Of a DNA stretch of 64,000 nucleotides, positions 1 to 9,010 are shown piece after piece; within the stretch, counting starts at the first letter, position 1; each line of letters opens with the position of its first letter. The translations under genes and the position numbers were made by a program. The notes beneath the pieces were generated by a model. It did no database searches. It was given only the letters and a program-made list of their open reading frames with translations, and was not told the DNA's origin. The stretch is from a virus (lineage: Duplodnaviria; Caudoviricetes), in IMG/VR virus record IMGVR_UViG_3300033068_000427, positions 1 through 64,000 of that record. The stretch is one strand, 5' to 3'.

Positions 1-786
1 ACCCTGAAGGTCTTTAGCTACACCGATAGCCAAATACTCTTCCAATGCACACTTAATCTTCCATGCCTTATGCACGCTCACAAGAGGGGAGATAGAGGAT
101 GGTGAGTCTCCCTTCACCTTGTTTCGGAATAGAAGAAACTTCTCTCTCCGAATCTCAACGTAATTGTTGCCATCCGAGCTGGCAATCAAGGAATTACCCT
201 GACCAAATCCTGTTGGCTTATTCTTATACTGAACAACGTGGGTGAGCTTACGTCCATACTTCTCATCCCACTTCCATCCAAGGATAGTCTTGTGGTCAAT
301 GAGAGGAAGGGCAGCCAGACCAATCTTTCCATCGTTGAATTTTGAGCCAGATGAAGAACGCCTAGTTCTAAACACTTTCTCAATAGCACTAAAGCCGTAA
401 CGGTTGAAGGTTACGGCTTGAGCAATGAAGTCATTGAAGGAGTGTTCCATATCCTCAAACAAACATTGTCTAAGGAACTCAGCGTCTTCTTTAAGTTCTT
501 CTTCATACCCTTCAGGAATCACTACAGACCAAGGAACCCTCGCTAGGGAAGTCTCCACCATCTCAAGAGCTGGTTGGATATCTTGATCTTCTGCCATACA
601 ATCGAATGTATGGATGGATTTAGGAAACTGAAGGTCACGTTTACAATTCTCTAGAATCTCACCACCAAGGGTGATAGTTCCTGAGAATGATTGACGCGAT
701 AGATGAATACGAGGAATTGATGTTGTTTGATTTTCGTTAGAAGCTGAGGCTTCATTTGAAGCAGCGATAGCTGTTTCTTCGGGCAT
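1..786 (-). CDS. Portal protein, N-terminal part (runs off window start)
   Basis: Manual translation from ATG 786 (RBS AAGGAGG): MPEETAIAAS...NRYGFSAIEKVFR...KFLLFRNK...SPLVSVHKAWKIKCALEEYLAIGVAKDLQG, open to position 1; follows terL directly; motifs typical of Felix-O1/PAK_P1-type portals. Confidence 0.85.
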   Translation of the reverse strand, partial: MPEETAIAASNEASASNENQTTSIPRIHLSRQSFSGTITLGGEILENCKRDLQFPKSIHTFDCMAEDQDIQPALEMVETSLARVPWSVVIPEGYEEELKEDAEFLRQCLFEDMEHSFNDFIAQAVTFNRYGFSAIEKVFRTRRSSSGSKFNDGKIGLAALPLIDHKTILGWKWDEKYGRKLTHVVQYKNKPTGFGQGNSLIASSDGNNYVEIRREKFLLFRNKVKGDSPSSISPLVSVHKAWKIKCALEEYLAIGVAKDLQG

Positions 787-804
787 CAAAGCCTCCTTTA
801 GTAG

Positions 805-921
805 TTAAAATGGGAGTGAGGATGATTTAGTGAAGGATGTGGAGTTCATACCCAAGGTTAGCTTAGGTATTGTCTTTGAAACACATAAAGCCGCAAACGC
901 ATCGCTTGCGGCGTCAACCAT
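805..921 (-). CDS. terL: Terminase large subunit, exon 4 (MVDAASDAFAAL...SLPF*)
   Basis: Joined to exon 3 gives HDD|MVDAASDAF, the nuclease HDDxxD motif; preceded by terminal G of intron at 922. Confidence 0.9.
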   Translation of the reverse strand: MVDAASDAFAALCVSKTIPKLTLGMNSTSFTKSSSLPF

Positions 922-1963
922 CTTTTTTGTTAAACAGCGTCCACCCAGACGCCATCCACTCGTTTCTTGCCCCTCGTTGTCGCACCCTTGTTAATGTGTT
1001 CAGTTACGAATTCACAGGCGTGCTTTGAGTAAACATTATTACCGGGGATTTTAAGGTCTTTATCCAAGTTATACTTGACACCTGTATTTTCCCAGTTAAG
1101 CCATTCATCGAAGTTTTTCAAACTAGGCAGATCGTTGAGGAAATTAGCAAAGCAGTGCCAGCGCTCATCAACAAAGCACCTTCCAAAATAACCCTTGTCG
1201 TCTTTTGGGTTATAGCACCGTTTCATCATATTTGTCCAAAGCTGCTTTACTGTCTTCCAATAAGGCGGTCGGTCAAACTCTCCAAGATAACCTACGCCGA
1301 GAAAAGATTTAGCGTAAGGGTCTTTGATCTTACCTTTAATCACGTTCTCGTAATATGCCTCAGTCATATAGTTAGTTTCTTTGAAAACTACAATGACTTT
1401 CTTGTTACCTCTTTTCTTAACAATCGTAAAAGCCTCACCTGCGTTGTTGGTGAGTTCAATATGGCAGTCTTCCCAGTCTTTAATTGCGTGGTGAGGCTTA
1501 GAGTGATCCTTTACTTTACCAGTAATAAGATTACCTCGCTCAACTTCGCACTCAAATCCGGTATCTGTGAATTTCACAAGAACTTTTACCTTATTAGCAC
1601 CTTTTGGCTGGATGAAGCCTATGACTTCAACTTCACCATACTTGTTAGTTTGAAACTTTTGACCTACTTCGATTTTATGTAGCGGCTTACGCATAGAAAT
1701 TCTCCTATGTCTTTGTTTTGGTTAACGAGTGCCTAACATCTCTGCTAGGATCGGACTATATATTCACACTGTGTAGTGTGCCTGCCGTTTCGACTGCGTT
1801 TGCAGCCTACTCTACTCACTTCCGCCTTTGAGACGTGTTTTCGATAGTCTCTACACTTTGCGGCAGAACCAACTATTCTACCACCTTAGCTCGGTATTGT
1901 CTATAGCTATTTAGCTGTAGGGTTTCACCGAATTAGACAGGTTTAACGACGACAGGTATGTTT
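922..1963 (-). mobile_element. Group I intron 3 of terL (1042 nt), encodes HNH endonuclease
   Basis: 5' exon ends in U (GAT), intron ends in G; core elements AATTCGGTGAAA, AGAGACTATCG, TATAGTCC; in-frame join restores the catalytic motif. Confidence 0.9.
930..1694 (-). CDS. Intron-encoded HNH-family homing endonuclease
   Basis: WTNMMKRCY...RWHCFANF...LDKDL..GNNVYSKHAC motif with repeated N-terminal DNA-binding modules; RBS AGGAG. Confidence 0.85.
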   Translation of the reverse strand: MRKPLHKIEVGQKFQTNKYGEVEVIGFIQPKGANKVKVLVKFTDTGFECEVERGNLITGKVKDHSKPHHAIKDWEDCHIELTNNAGEAFTIVKKRGNKKVIVVFKETNYMTEAYYENVIKGKIKDPYAKSFLGVGYLGEFDRPPYWKTVKQLWTNMMKRCYNPKDDKGYFGRCFVDERWHCFANFLNDLPSLKNFDEWLNWENTGVKYNLDKDLKIPGNNVYSKHACEFVTEHINKGATTRGKKRVDGVWVDAV

Positions 1964-2992
1964 ATCGTCGTGACCGGATTCGCCACCTCTGCGTTTCCCG
2001 TCAAATGATGTAAACTCCTTCCAAACAAACTTTAAGTCTGCCTCAATCTTGTTCTCTAGATCGTAACCACAACCCCTTAAAACACGAACCCCTCCGTTTT
2101 GTGCTGCAGAAGACAGTGGCCTAAACCTGTCCAGCTTACTGGAGCAGGATTTAAATGTACGCACATACAATCCTTCTGAGGATAGGTCAGTTGCAAGCAT
2201 AGATGTTGCTGCTTTGGCTGCAGGGTTCGGGTCAATCGGTAAGATCACATCAACGTGCTTACCATCCATCATTGCATTTTCTAAAATCCACCTTTTCCAG
2301 TCACCGAACCTGATACGGCAACGGCGAATGTCGTGGATAAAGTATTGACCATTCTTGAGCTTACTCATCTTACAAGAAGCGCTGTAGTCTGGTGAAAATG
2401 ACATACCCTCTGATTTAATTGTACCAGCAAGGTCATACGCCCTTACGGTTTTAACAATCTCACTTTGAGGCGGTTCTTGGTCATCAATGGTAAGCCAAGA
2501 CTCATCCCAGTACGATTCACTTTGAGCCTTAGCATTCCAGTCTCCCAATAGGAGCCTCCTTCTTTCAAGGTCTGGAAGTGACTCAAGCATATGCTTGTAT
2601 TCTGGCTGTGCAGCCATAAGCACCGGGTTATCGTAGATAGTGCCAAGTAGGACTTGAAAAGTCAGTGGCATAATTTGATCTGGGTGACCTTTAGGGAATA
2701 GGTTTCCACTGCTGTCCCTCTTCCCGTACTTCTCGTACATTTCTTCTTCGGTATCTCCCCAGAAGATATTGCCTCCGACCCGAAGGATGTATCTGACCTT
2801 TCCATTCTTTTCTGGGTCAGGGAGTCCGTAGTTGGGATGGTCTTCTGGATATAACCACCACTTTACCCACTCAAAAAGATAGGAAGAATTGTCCGGATTA
2901 CATGAAAGCCAAATTGAGGGGTTAAGGTTTGCATCTGTTCGCAGGCGAGAGATGAGCCACCAAATATGGCTTTCATCAGCGTGTGTTGCTTC
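1964..2992 (-). CDS. terL: Terminase large subunit, exon 3
   Basis: EATH...SCNPD...DNPVL...RRRLLLGDW...RAYDLAG...HDD; ATPase C-terminal part and nuclease domain; 343 codons in phase. Confidence 0.92.
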
Positions 2993-3257
2993 CATTATGT
3001 TCGAGGCGGTTCGTTATTCCACCCCCGTGCGTTAGCACAGCTACACATTACTGTGTAGATCAGATCATATCACCACCTACAACATAACTTGTTTAGGCGC
3101 TCCCCGTTTCGCTTCACTTGAAGCTACTCTCTTTCGAGATGATCGTTGCACGTTACAATGTTTCCCATTGTCTTCGCTCAGGATTTTCCTATTAGGATGT
3201 TCCCTGAATTAGAGGAGTTATTCAATAAGCATTTCTACTTAAGGCGACCATTTACTA
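2993..3257 (-). mobile_element. Group I intron 2 of terL (265 nt, no ORF)
   Basis: Interrupts Walker B (VFYD|EATH); exon ends in U, intron ends in G; AATTCAGGGAA, ACGATCA/TGATC P7-like pairing, GTAGCTTCAAGTGAAGCGAAAC element shared with the nrdA introns. Confidence 0.88.
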
Positions 3258-3545
3258 ATCGTAGAACACGTTGCTGAGCTGTAAACCTTGGTACAAGTCA
3301 GCGGCCTTGTCGTTCTCATAGTGAGAAAAACTAACTTCAGCTCCGGAAGGAAAGACCACTTTTTGATCCTTAAGTTTTACCTTAAGGTCTGGATAAACTT
3401 TCTTGTAAAGTTCTACGGCTTGTTGGAACAAGCCTCCAGACTTCATAATTGCTGTTGAGTTTTTACGAATACAAAACCCACGATAAAGCGGGTCTTCTGC
3501 CCAACGCAAATGCCGCATAAGGCCAATGTAAGATTTAGAACTACC
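3258..3545 (-). CDS. terL: Terminase large subunit, exon 2
   Basis: GSSKSYIGLMRHLRW...CIRK...YQGLQLSNVFYD; 96 codons in phase. Confidence 0.9.
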
Positions 3546-3793
3546 CTTTATAATTTAAGAGGCGCTACACTCTTTCCAAACTTTCGTTTGTAATTGGACT
3601 ATATATTCACACTATCTAGTGTGCCCTCCGTTTCAGATTCGCTTGAATCTTACTCTACTCACTTCCGCCTTTAAGGCGTGTTTTCGATAGTCTCTACACG
3701 TTCCGTTAATTAACGGCTTCGCTCGGGGTTGGCTTAGGATAAGAATCCCTTAGCGTTCACCGAATTAGAAGGGTTTATAGCGACCCGCAGTTA
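3546..3793 (-). mobile_element. Group I intron 1 of terL (248 nt, no ORF)
   Basis: Interrupts Walker A (VGGAA|GSSKS); U before, G at end; AATTCGGTGAA, AGAGACTATCG, TATAGTCC core. Confidence 0.88.
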
Positions 3794-3895
3794 AGCCGCT
3801 CCACCTACAACAAGGATTTTACTATTACTAGTGAGATATTTTTCCTGGAAGGGTGATGAGGGACAAACAATTGGTTTTTTGGTTTTATTTGTCAA
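3794..3895 (-). CDS. terL: Terminase large subunit, exon 1 (TTG start)
   Basis: MTNKTKKPIVCPSSPFQEKYLTSNSKILVVGGAA with RBS GGAG; the four exons give a ~511-aa TerL. Confidence 0.85.
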
Positions 3896-3988
3896 ATTAA
3901 ACTCCATCTCCAATCAGATTAAATGGGTGCCGACTATCTCTCTGGATTGGCAGAGGGAAGGGCTTGCAATCCCGTATCATCAGCAATA

Positions 3989-4064
3989 TGGCGGAAGGTG
4001 AGCGAGTCGAACGCTCAAGGCCGGGTTTCAAGACAGTTTTCGTCTCTATTCGATTTGACCTTCC
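3989..4064 (-). pseudogene. Degenerate tRNA-Ser(UGA)-like gene
   Basis: Acceptor GGAAGGT/ACCTTCC-G-CCA and T-arm GAGCG-TTCGACT-CGCTC are intact; loop CT-TGA-AA is present but the anticodon stem does not pair and the long Ser variable arm is missing. Confidence 0.65.
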
Positions 4065-4075
4065 AGAAATAAAAA

Positions 4076-4228
4076 CCCTCACAATTTGAGCATCGCACTT
4101 TCGTGCCAGCAGATGGCTATCCAACCACCTTCTAGGCTTGGAGGGTGTATTAAATCAGGAGCCTCTTTTATCCCACTCTGTGGTGAGGACATCTTACGAT
4201 GCGGGCGGTCGCTTTCACCTGTCAGCGA
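4076..4228 (-). ncRNA. Candidate structured non-coding RNA upstream of the tRNA-Ser remnant
   Basis: Nested stems: TCGCT/AGCGA, CATC-GTAA-GATG, CCTC[CCAC-AGA-GTGG]GAGG, CCCTC[...GCAC-GAAA-GTGC...]GAGGG; two GNRA tetraloops; downstream of a sigma70 promoter. Confidence 0.4.
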
Positions 4229-4341
4229 TACCTTTTCTACAACTGATAACAACTCTAATTTACAGGAAGATGGTGATTGATTACTATCTTCCCAACAGTG
4301 CCTAAACGGCTATTTTTAGACATTTACGTCATATGTGCTAT

Positions 4342-4369
4342 ATTCTATCACTTTAATCGTATGTGTCAA
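4342..4369 (-). promoter_or_regulatory. Sigma70-like promoter
   Basis: TTGACA-N16-TAGAAT with TGn extended -10 on the minus strand. Confidence 0.7.
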
Positions 4370-4545
4370 GACCCATCGTATCTTTATAATACAATATTGC
4401 TATATTTTATTGAGTTATTGAAGATAGCCTCTGTATTTCAAGAGGCTTCTCCCATCTCTCTTAGCTCAATTCCAACCACTTCACAATTGTACGAGAGCTG
4501 GTGTTGTTACACCCTTGTTGTTATCCCCTGACCATTACACCCTAG

Positions 4546-5145
4546 TCATTCTTCCCAAACAACCTTAAGAACTTCTTCCTTTGTTTCACAAGCGTCAATT
4601 AGTTTGTGCAACCTACATTCTTTACTGAAGCAGTCTTGAACGTGTCTTCCGACAATCTTTCCCATTTCTAAAAGTTGAGTCTTGGATACTTTAGTCCAAC
4701 TTCCGTCAGACGATTTCCAATCTACTTCTACAATTTCAGGATCAAATTGTACTAAACTAACTGCATTACCCAGCATACTCTGAGTAGTTCTGTCAGTGTC
4801 GTAGAATATACCTTCATATATTTTTCCACCGATCTCCCGAAAAAACCTCATTTGCGAGATTCTTTCCTTATGCTCTTGTTTAATTTGATTCAATGTCTTT
4901 TCTGTAACCGAGTAAGTAGCGATTACCATCTGACGGTCGTAATCAAGAACTAGTTCGGGATAGTCCGATCTGGTTTGTGTCTCAGAATTATAACCCTCAC
5001 CTACAACCTCACAAGGATACCATTCGTGTTCTGCTCTTTGTTTTTCAGAAAGAAGATGCCAAGCCCCCACCTCATTAAATCTTGACCTCATTGAGACAGG
5101 ACCAACCAATTTTCCATTCTGCATATAGGCGTAACTTGTAGACAT
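4546..5145 (-). CDS. Fibre-associated/assembly protein (DUF4376-like C-terminus)
   Basis: RISQMRFFREIGG...YDTDRTTQSML...VDWKSSDG...HVQDCFSKE pattern; directly after a fibre gene. Confidence 0.65.
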   Translation of the reverse strand: MSTSYAYMQNGKLVGPVSMRSRFNEVGAWHLLSEKQRAEHEWYPCEVVGEGYNSETQTRSDYPELVLDYDRQMVIATYSVTEKTLNQIKQEHKERISQMRFFREIGGKIYEGIFYDTDRTTQSMLGNAVSLVQFDPEIVEVDWKSSDGSWTKVSKTQLLEMGKIVGRHVQDCFSKECRLHKLIDACETKEEVLKVVWEE

Positions 5146-5156
5146 AGCTTATCTCC

Positions 5157-7109
5157 TTATACAGACGGGTAGAACGAGCAACTATTGCCGGTTCCAGTTG
5201 GTGTTGTTGACGGGTTTGGTAACTTGCTGAACACCCCTCCGGCGTTCTTATATACACTCAAGAATGGGGTGGTAGTGTGCGCGACTGCTAAGTATTCTCC
5301 ATTTAAAATAAAGGATACACCATTACCTTGCCCAGGTGGCAGGGTTGTTGGGTTTGTTATCTTTGTAAAAGTATCCCCGCTCCTTGAATAGATGCTAATA
5401 AAAGGGCTGGTTGAATGACCTACAGCCAAATAATTAGCACTAGCTGAGAAGCTAACTGACCGTCCTGTACCTGTCGGTGTTATTGTAGGGTCAGTTAGCT
5501 TTGTAAATGAATCACCAGTCCTTTTGTAAATTGTGACAAAAGGAGCAGTTGCGTGGGACACCGCAAGATACTGTGAGTCATTGCTAAAAGAAACACCGGT
5601 ACTGTTATTTGGGGGATTTTGTGAAAGCGCCCCAGGAAGGTTTTTGAATCCGCTTCCAGAGTCTTTATAAACCAGTACATAAGGGTCAACTTCAAAACAA
5701 ACTGCCATATATGCATTATCTGCTGAGATTGCTACACCGTTAGCCCTAGCTGTTGGTACAGTGGTTGGCGCTGTAATAGGCGTAAAAATATCGTTTGAAA
5801 TTGAATACAATCTCAAAAACGGGGATGCTGAGGCAGCTAATGCCATAATGGTGTCGTTAGAGTTAAAGTCAATACCGTTGATCGTTGTTGAAACACTTGG
5901 CCCCGAGATTGCCGCAATCTCGTCACCCGTCCTCTTATACATATAAAGGTAGGGAGAACTAAGTGTTCCTACCGGGATGTATTTTCCACCCTTGCTAATT
6001 TTTGTAGAATAAGCGTCAGAAGTTGGTAATGTTGCCGGATTTAGCAGTTTGTTAAAAGTGTCTACATCTCGTCCATACACTGAAATTCTTGGTGCAGTAT
6101 TATGAGCAACAGATAAGTAGTTTCCATAAGCTGCAGAAGCGCCCACAAAATTTATAGAAGCAGGTTGGCTAAAAAACCCACCACTACTTTCATAGTAGAC
6201 TTCTACAATCATACTCATTCCATCAATAATTACACCGAGAGGGGGTTGCCAAGAAGTCAAGTTAACGGTATCTCTCCCAGTGGAATAGACCACAGCGCCT
6301 AAGTTATTTTTAATTAGCCAATAGCTAGCGATGTGGGTGTCTTGAGAGTTTACTATCTGAAAATCACTTGTAAGTATTGGTGCATCTCTTTCTGGAACGG
6401 ATTCACCTTGAGCAGGGTAAATAAAACTGGGGGTTACAACATAGATATCAAAAGTTTGAAAGCTCTGTGGTTGTGACCAGTTTGAATAATCTCCTGCTAC
6501 ACTCTTATCGCGGCAGCGCCACTGCAGGTCGGTGTTGTCAGGGATCGCCGGAGAGATGGCCCAAGTGTCAGCGTTCACCTGCGCGACCGAAATCGGGGCA
6601 GTGAAGTCTCCGGTGGCAGTGTCAATCTGGAACTCGCGGAACTCGCGGGCGTCTGCCGAGTAGAGCGGTGCGTAGGGGCTGGCCTGCAGGGTGCCGTCTA
6701 CTGGAAACTCTGTTGTACCTGTCAACGGAGCAACTGCAACGGGTGTGCGGATCAGCTCGGAAGTACCACCACCCGAGCCAATCGGCTGGTACAGGGCATC
6801 ACCCTCGGACTGCGTCAAGTATTGAGGATGTGGATCAGCAGCAGCTTCGTGAGCTGCCAACAGTGCTGCTGCAGTACCAGCAGGATCACCGCCCGCGCCG
6901 CCACTGCCAATCAGCGCATACTTCGCGTCCGCTTCATTCTCAGTCAGGTATTGAGGGTGTGGGTCTGCTGCTGCCTCGTGTTGAACGATAACCGCACTGG
7001 CGGCCCCGGCTGAATCAGCGCCTAAGTCTTCAGGAGACAATACTACAATACCTGTCTTCCCATTAACTGAATCTACAGCACTGCCTAGCCCCTTAAGTGT
7101 AATAGACAT
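5157..7109 (-). CDS. Accessory fibre/adhesin-like virion protein with C-terminal beta-propeller
   Basis: VDSVNGKTG, two HEAAADPHPQYLT repeats, Ig/FnIII-like middle, ~44-aa repeats YLAVxHxTxPF..IY.R.GDTFTK. Confidence 0.7.
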   Translation of the reverse strand: MSITLKGLGSAVDSVNGKTGIVVLSPEDLGADSAGAASAVIVQHEAAADPHPQYLTENEADAKYALIGSGGAGGDPAGTAAALLAAHEAAADPHPQYLTQSEGDALYQPIGSGGGTSELIRTPVAVAPLTGTTEFPVDGTLQASPYAPLYSADAREFREFQIDTATGDFTAPISVAQVNADTWAISPAIPDNTDLQWRCRDKSVAGDYSNWSQPQSFQTFDIYVVTPSFIYPAQGESVPERDAPILTSDFQIVNSQDTHIASYWLIKNNLGAVVYSTGRDTVNLTSWQPPLGVIIDGMSMIVEVYYESSGGFFSQPASINFVGASAAYGNYLSVAHNTAPRISVYGRDVDTFNKLLNPATLPTSDAYSTKISKGGKYIPVGTLSSPYLYMYKRTGDEIAAISGPSVSTTINGIDFNSNDTIMALAASASPFLRLYSISNDIFTPITAPTTVPTARANGVAISADNAYMAVCFEVDPYVLVYKDSGSGFKNLPGALSQNPPNNSTGVSFSNDSQYLAVSHATAPFVTIYKRTGDSFTKLTDPTITPTGTGRSVSFSASANYLAVGHSTSPFISIYSRSGDTFTKITNPTTLPPGQGNGVSFILNGEYLAVAHTTTPFLSVYKNAGGVFSKLPNPSTTPTGTGNSCSFYPSV

Positions 7110-7111
7110 TT

Positions 7112-7378
7112 TTAAGCTCCTTGAATACTCACAGGGCCGTCACCACGAAGCCAAACCCTTTCTTCCCCTGCTGAAATAGTTGCTACAGCGGCCATATCTG
7201 GAGGAATACCGAAACCTTCAAAATCATCTGCAGGCTTTGTGTTTGTGATTGCAACAAATACTGGCTGGTGAGTTTGGTTCTGGATATCAATAGCTGTACC
7301 TACAGGAAATCCGGACAGTGTGTTTGCATCCTGCCACTCGTAGTCAACGAGCCTAATGCTTGGGAGAGTGTTTGCCAT
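7112..7378 (-). CDS. Small beta-rich putative virion/fibre adaptor protein
   Basis: 88-aa ORF with RBS, coupled to the fibre gene. Confidence 0.55.
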   Translation of the reverse strand: MANTLPSIRLVDYEWQDANTLSGFPVGTAIDIQNQTHQPVFVAITNTKPADDFEGFGIPPDMAAVATISAGEERVWLRGDGPVSIQGA

Positions 7379-7427
7379 ACGTCACCTCTTTGTTATTGAT
7401 TTAGTTGTTAGATATTCTCAGCAAGCT

Positions 7428-7865
7428 TCAGGTGTTCTCGAAAAGCTTCAAATATTGCGAGGTCATCTTGTTACGGTCGCGGCCAGTGATACCGCAAGCC
7501 TTCATCAGGCTACGGAAAGTGAGCCAGCTCAGAGAGCTAACGTATTCCTTGTCAAACTTCATATGCTCAGCTTGAAGAGGCATAGCGCGAATGAATGGTT
7601 GACTCTGCTCAACTTCTTCTTCCCACTTGTTGATATCAATCTGCTTTACAAGACGCACACTCAGGACAATATCCTTAAGGTGCGGGAAGGATGCTTTGTC
7701 AGGATAGAAACCTTTGTTGCACAGATCAGCAACGCACTCCATAAAAGTAACAGAGTTGTGACACTCAACGTCAACATACTGAGGAACTTTCAGATCATCA
7801 AGAGTGTGTTCAGTGTTACCAAAATTAGCTACGTTCTCTTTAACTTCGTTTTTCACTTCGGACAT
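7428..7865 (-). CDS. Hypothetical protein
   Basis: 145-aa ORF with RBS AAGGA in co-oriented operon. Confidence 0.7.
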   Translation of the reverse strand: MSEVKNEVKENVANFGNTEHTLDDLKVPQYVDVECHNSVTFMECVADLCNKGFYPDKASFPHLKDIVLSVRLVKQIDINKWEEEVEQSQPFIRAMPLQAEHMKFDKEYVSSLSWLTFRSLMKACGITGRDRNKMTSQYLKLFENT

Positions 7866-7874
7866 TTTGTTTCC

Positions 7875-8444
7875 TTAGAATGTAGAATAGGGCTTTCGTG
7901 GTTGACGCTCAGCCCAAGCAATTGTATAGACGCCTGTGGAAGCACTATTATTAGCGATGTTCTCTAGTCGCAGATAATAGACTCCTGCTGGTAGACCACG
8001 CTCTGTCTGGTTGCCGCCGCTTACAGTGGTACGCTGTGCTGTACTACCTGGAGAAACAAGTCTAACCACTTCTCGGAGATTGCCACCAGTGATAGTGCCA
8101 CCAGTATCAATATTCACTTTGCGAACGTAAGGCGGTGTAGACGACATAAGGTTTTTAGGAATCACTGTGGTAACAGGTGTCCAAGTGCCAGATTCTGTTC
8201 CGCCAGCATATGCAGTGAACCTAATCCCACCAGTATCCACTGTAAGCGTTTGTTCAAACAGGATGAAGTCGATTGGAGATGTGAATCTAAACCAAACAGA
8301 GCTTCCGCTAGGGATATTGAACTCGTGAAAGAAGCGTTGCTCATTACCGAGAAAGAAGTCTGTTTGACCAACGTCCACCTTAAGGCGCTCAAACCCTCTT
8401 GTATCAGTTGTGATTAGGTGTCTAGGGAATTCAGATATGGACAT
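7875..8444 (-). CDS. Putative virion structural protein
   Basis: 189-aa beta-rich ORF with RBS AGGAG between terS and the fibre cassette. Confidence 0.6.
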   Translation of the reverse strand: MSISEFPRHLITTDTRGFERLKVDVGQTDFFLGNEQRFFHEFNIPSGSSVWFRFTSPIDFILFEQTLTVDTGGIRFTAYAGGTESGTWTPVTTVIPKNLMSSTPPYVRKVNIDTGGTITGGNLREVVRLVSPGSTAQRTTVSGGNQTERGLPAGVYYLRLENIANNSASTGVYTIAWAERQPRKPYSTF

Positions 8445-8453
8445 AGCTTCTCC

Positions 8454-8879
8454 TTATTGAAGCGACACGGAGTCAGCTTCTGCAATCATTGTCATAGAGA
8501 AGCGAGGTGTGTCGTCCTCTTCCGCTTGACGTTCTTCAATCTCAGACTTAATGCTTGGGTCTTTAATTCCCATAATTGCAGTTTCTTCAGCCATTGCAGC
8601 TTTAGATACTGCAATCGTTGTACTCACCACCCACTTAGCTGTTGCCACTTGCTCCTTGTCAACATCTTCACCATCAAGGCTTGAAGAAATAACTCGGAGA
8701 GCTTTAGGGTTGAGGCTGAGAAGTTTCTTTTCAGTGCCACGAAGTTTTGATAGCTTCTTCTTAGCTTCTTTCTGCTCAGGACTCTCTGTTGGGCGTCCTG
8801 ATAAGTTACCGGAGACACCCTCAGACCAATTATTCTCACGTCTCTTGCTGGGCATACTTGGATCAATCTTGTTTGACAT
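8454..8879 (-). CDS. terS: Terminase small subunit (probable)
   Basis: NNWSEGVSGNLSGRP motif typical of TerS N-termini; start MSNK after RBS GGAG; upstream of terL. Confidence 0.6.
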   Translation of the reverse strand: MSNKIDPSMPSKRRENNWSEGVSGNLSGRPTESPEQKEAKKKLSKLRGTEKKLLSLNPKALRVISSSLDGEDVDKEQVATAKWVVSTTIAVSKAAMAEETAIMGIKDPSIKSEIEERQAEEDDTPRFSMTMIAEADSVSLQ

Positions 8880-8970
8880 TCTCTTAGCTCCACGTTTCAT
8901 TCAGAAACGACAAAAGCCCCAAGAAGGGGATGTTTGAAGATTGTGAAGCCAGTACGCTCCACTAGTGAAT

Positions 8971-9006
8971 CATTCCCGGCAGGAGTTGAACCTGCAACCA
9001 ATAGCT
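8971..9006 (-). pseudogene. 3' half of split tRNA-Arg(UCU)
   Basis: AGCTATTGGTT-GCAGG-TTCAACT-CCTGC-CGGGAAT-G; acceptor strand CGGGAAT pairs with GTTCCCG at 9610-9616. Confidence 0.8.
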
Positions 9007-9010
9007 ACTA

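Noticed and set aside
1943-2995. 350-aa ORF (and 3255-3518) as stand-alone genes
   Set aside because: They are terL exons; their ATG and C-terminal KHTCRR come from intron sequence.
3905-3985. Possible further tRNA remnant or theta-type ribozyme downstream of the tRNA-Ser remnant
   Set aside because: Only short scattered stems; no cloverleaf or HDV-like nested pseudoknot could be built by eye.
6760-6990. Duplicated HEAAADPHPQYLT unit as a DGR template/variable repeat
   Set aside because: Differences are not adenine-specific, both copies are in-frame coding, and no reverse transcriptase is in the window.
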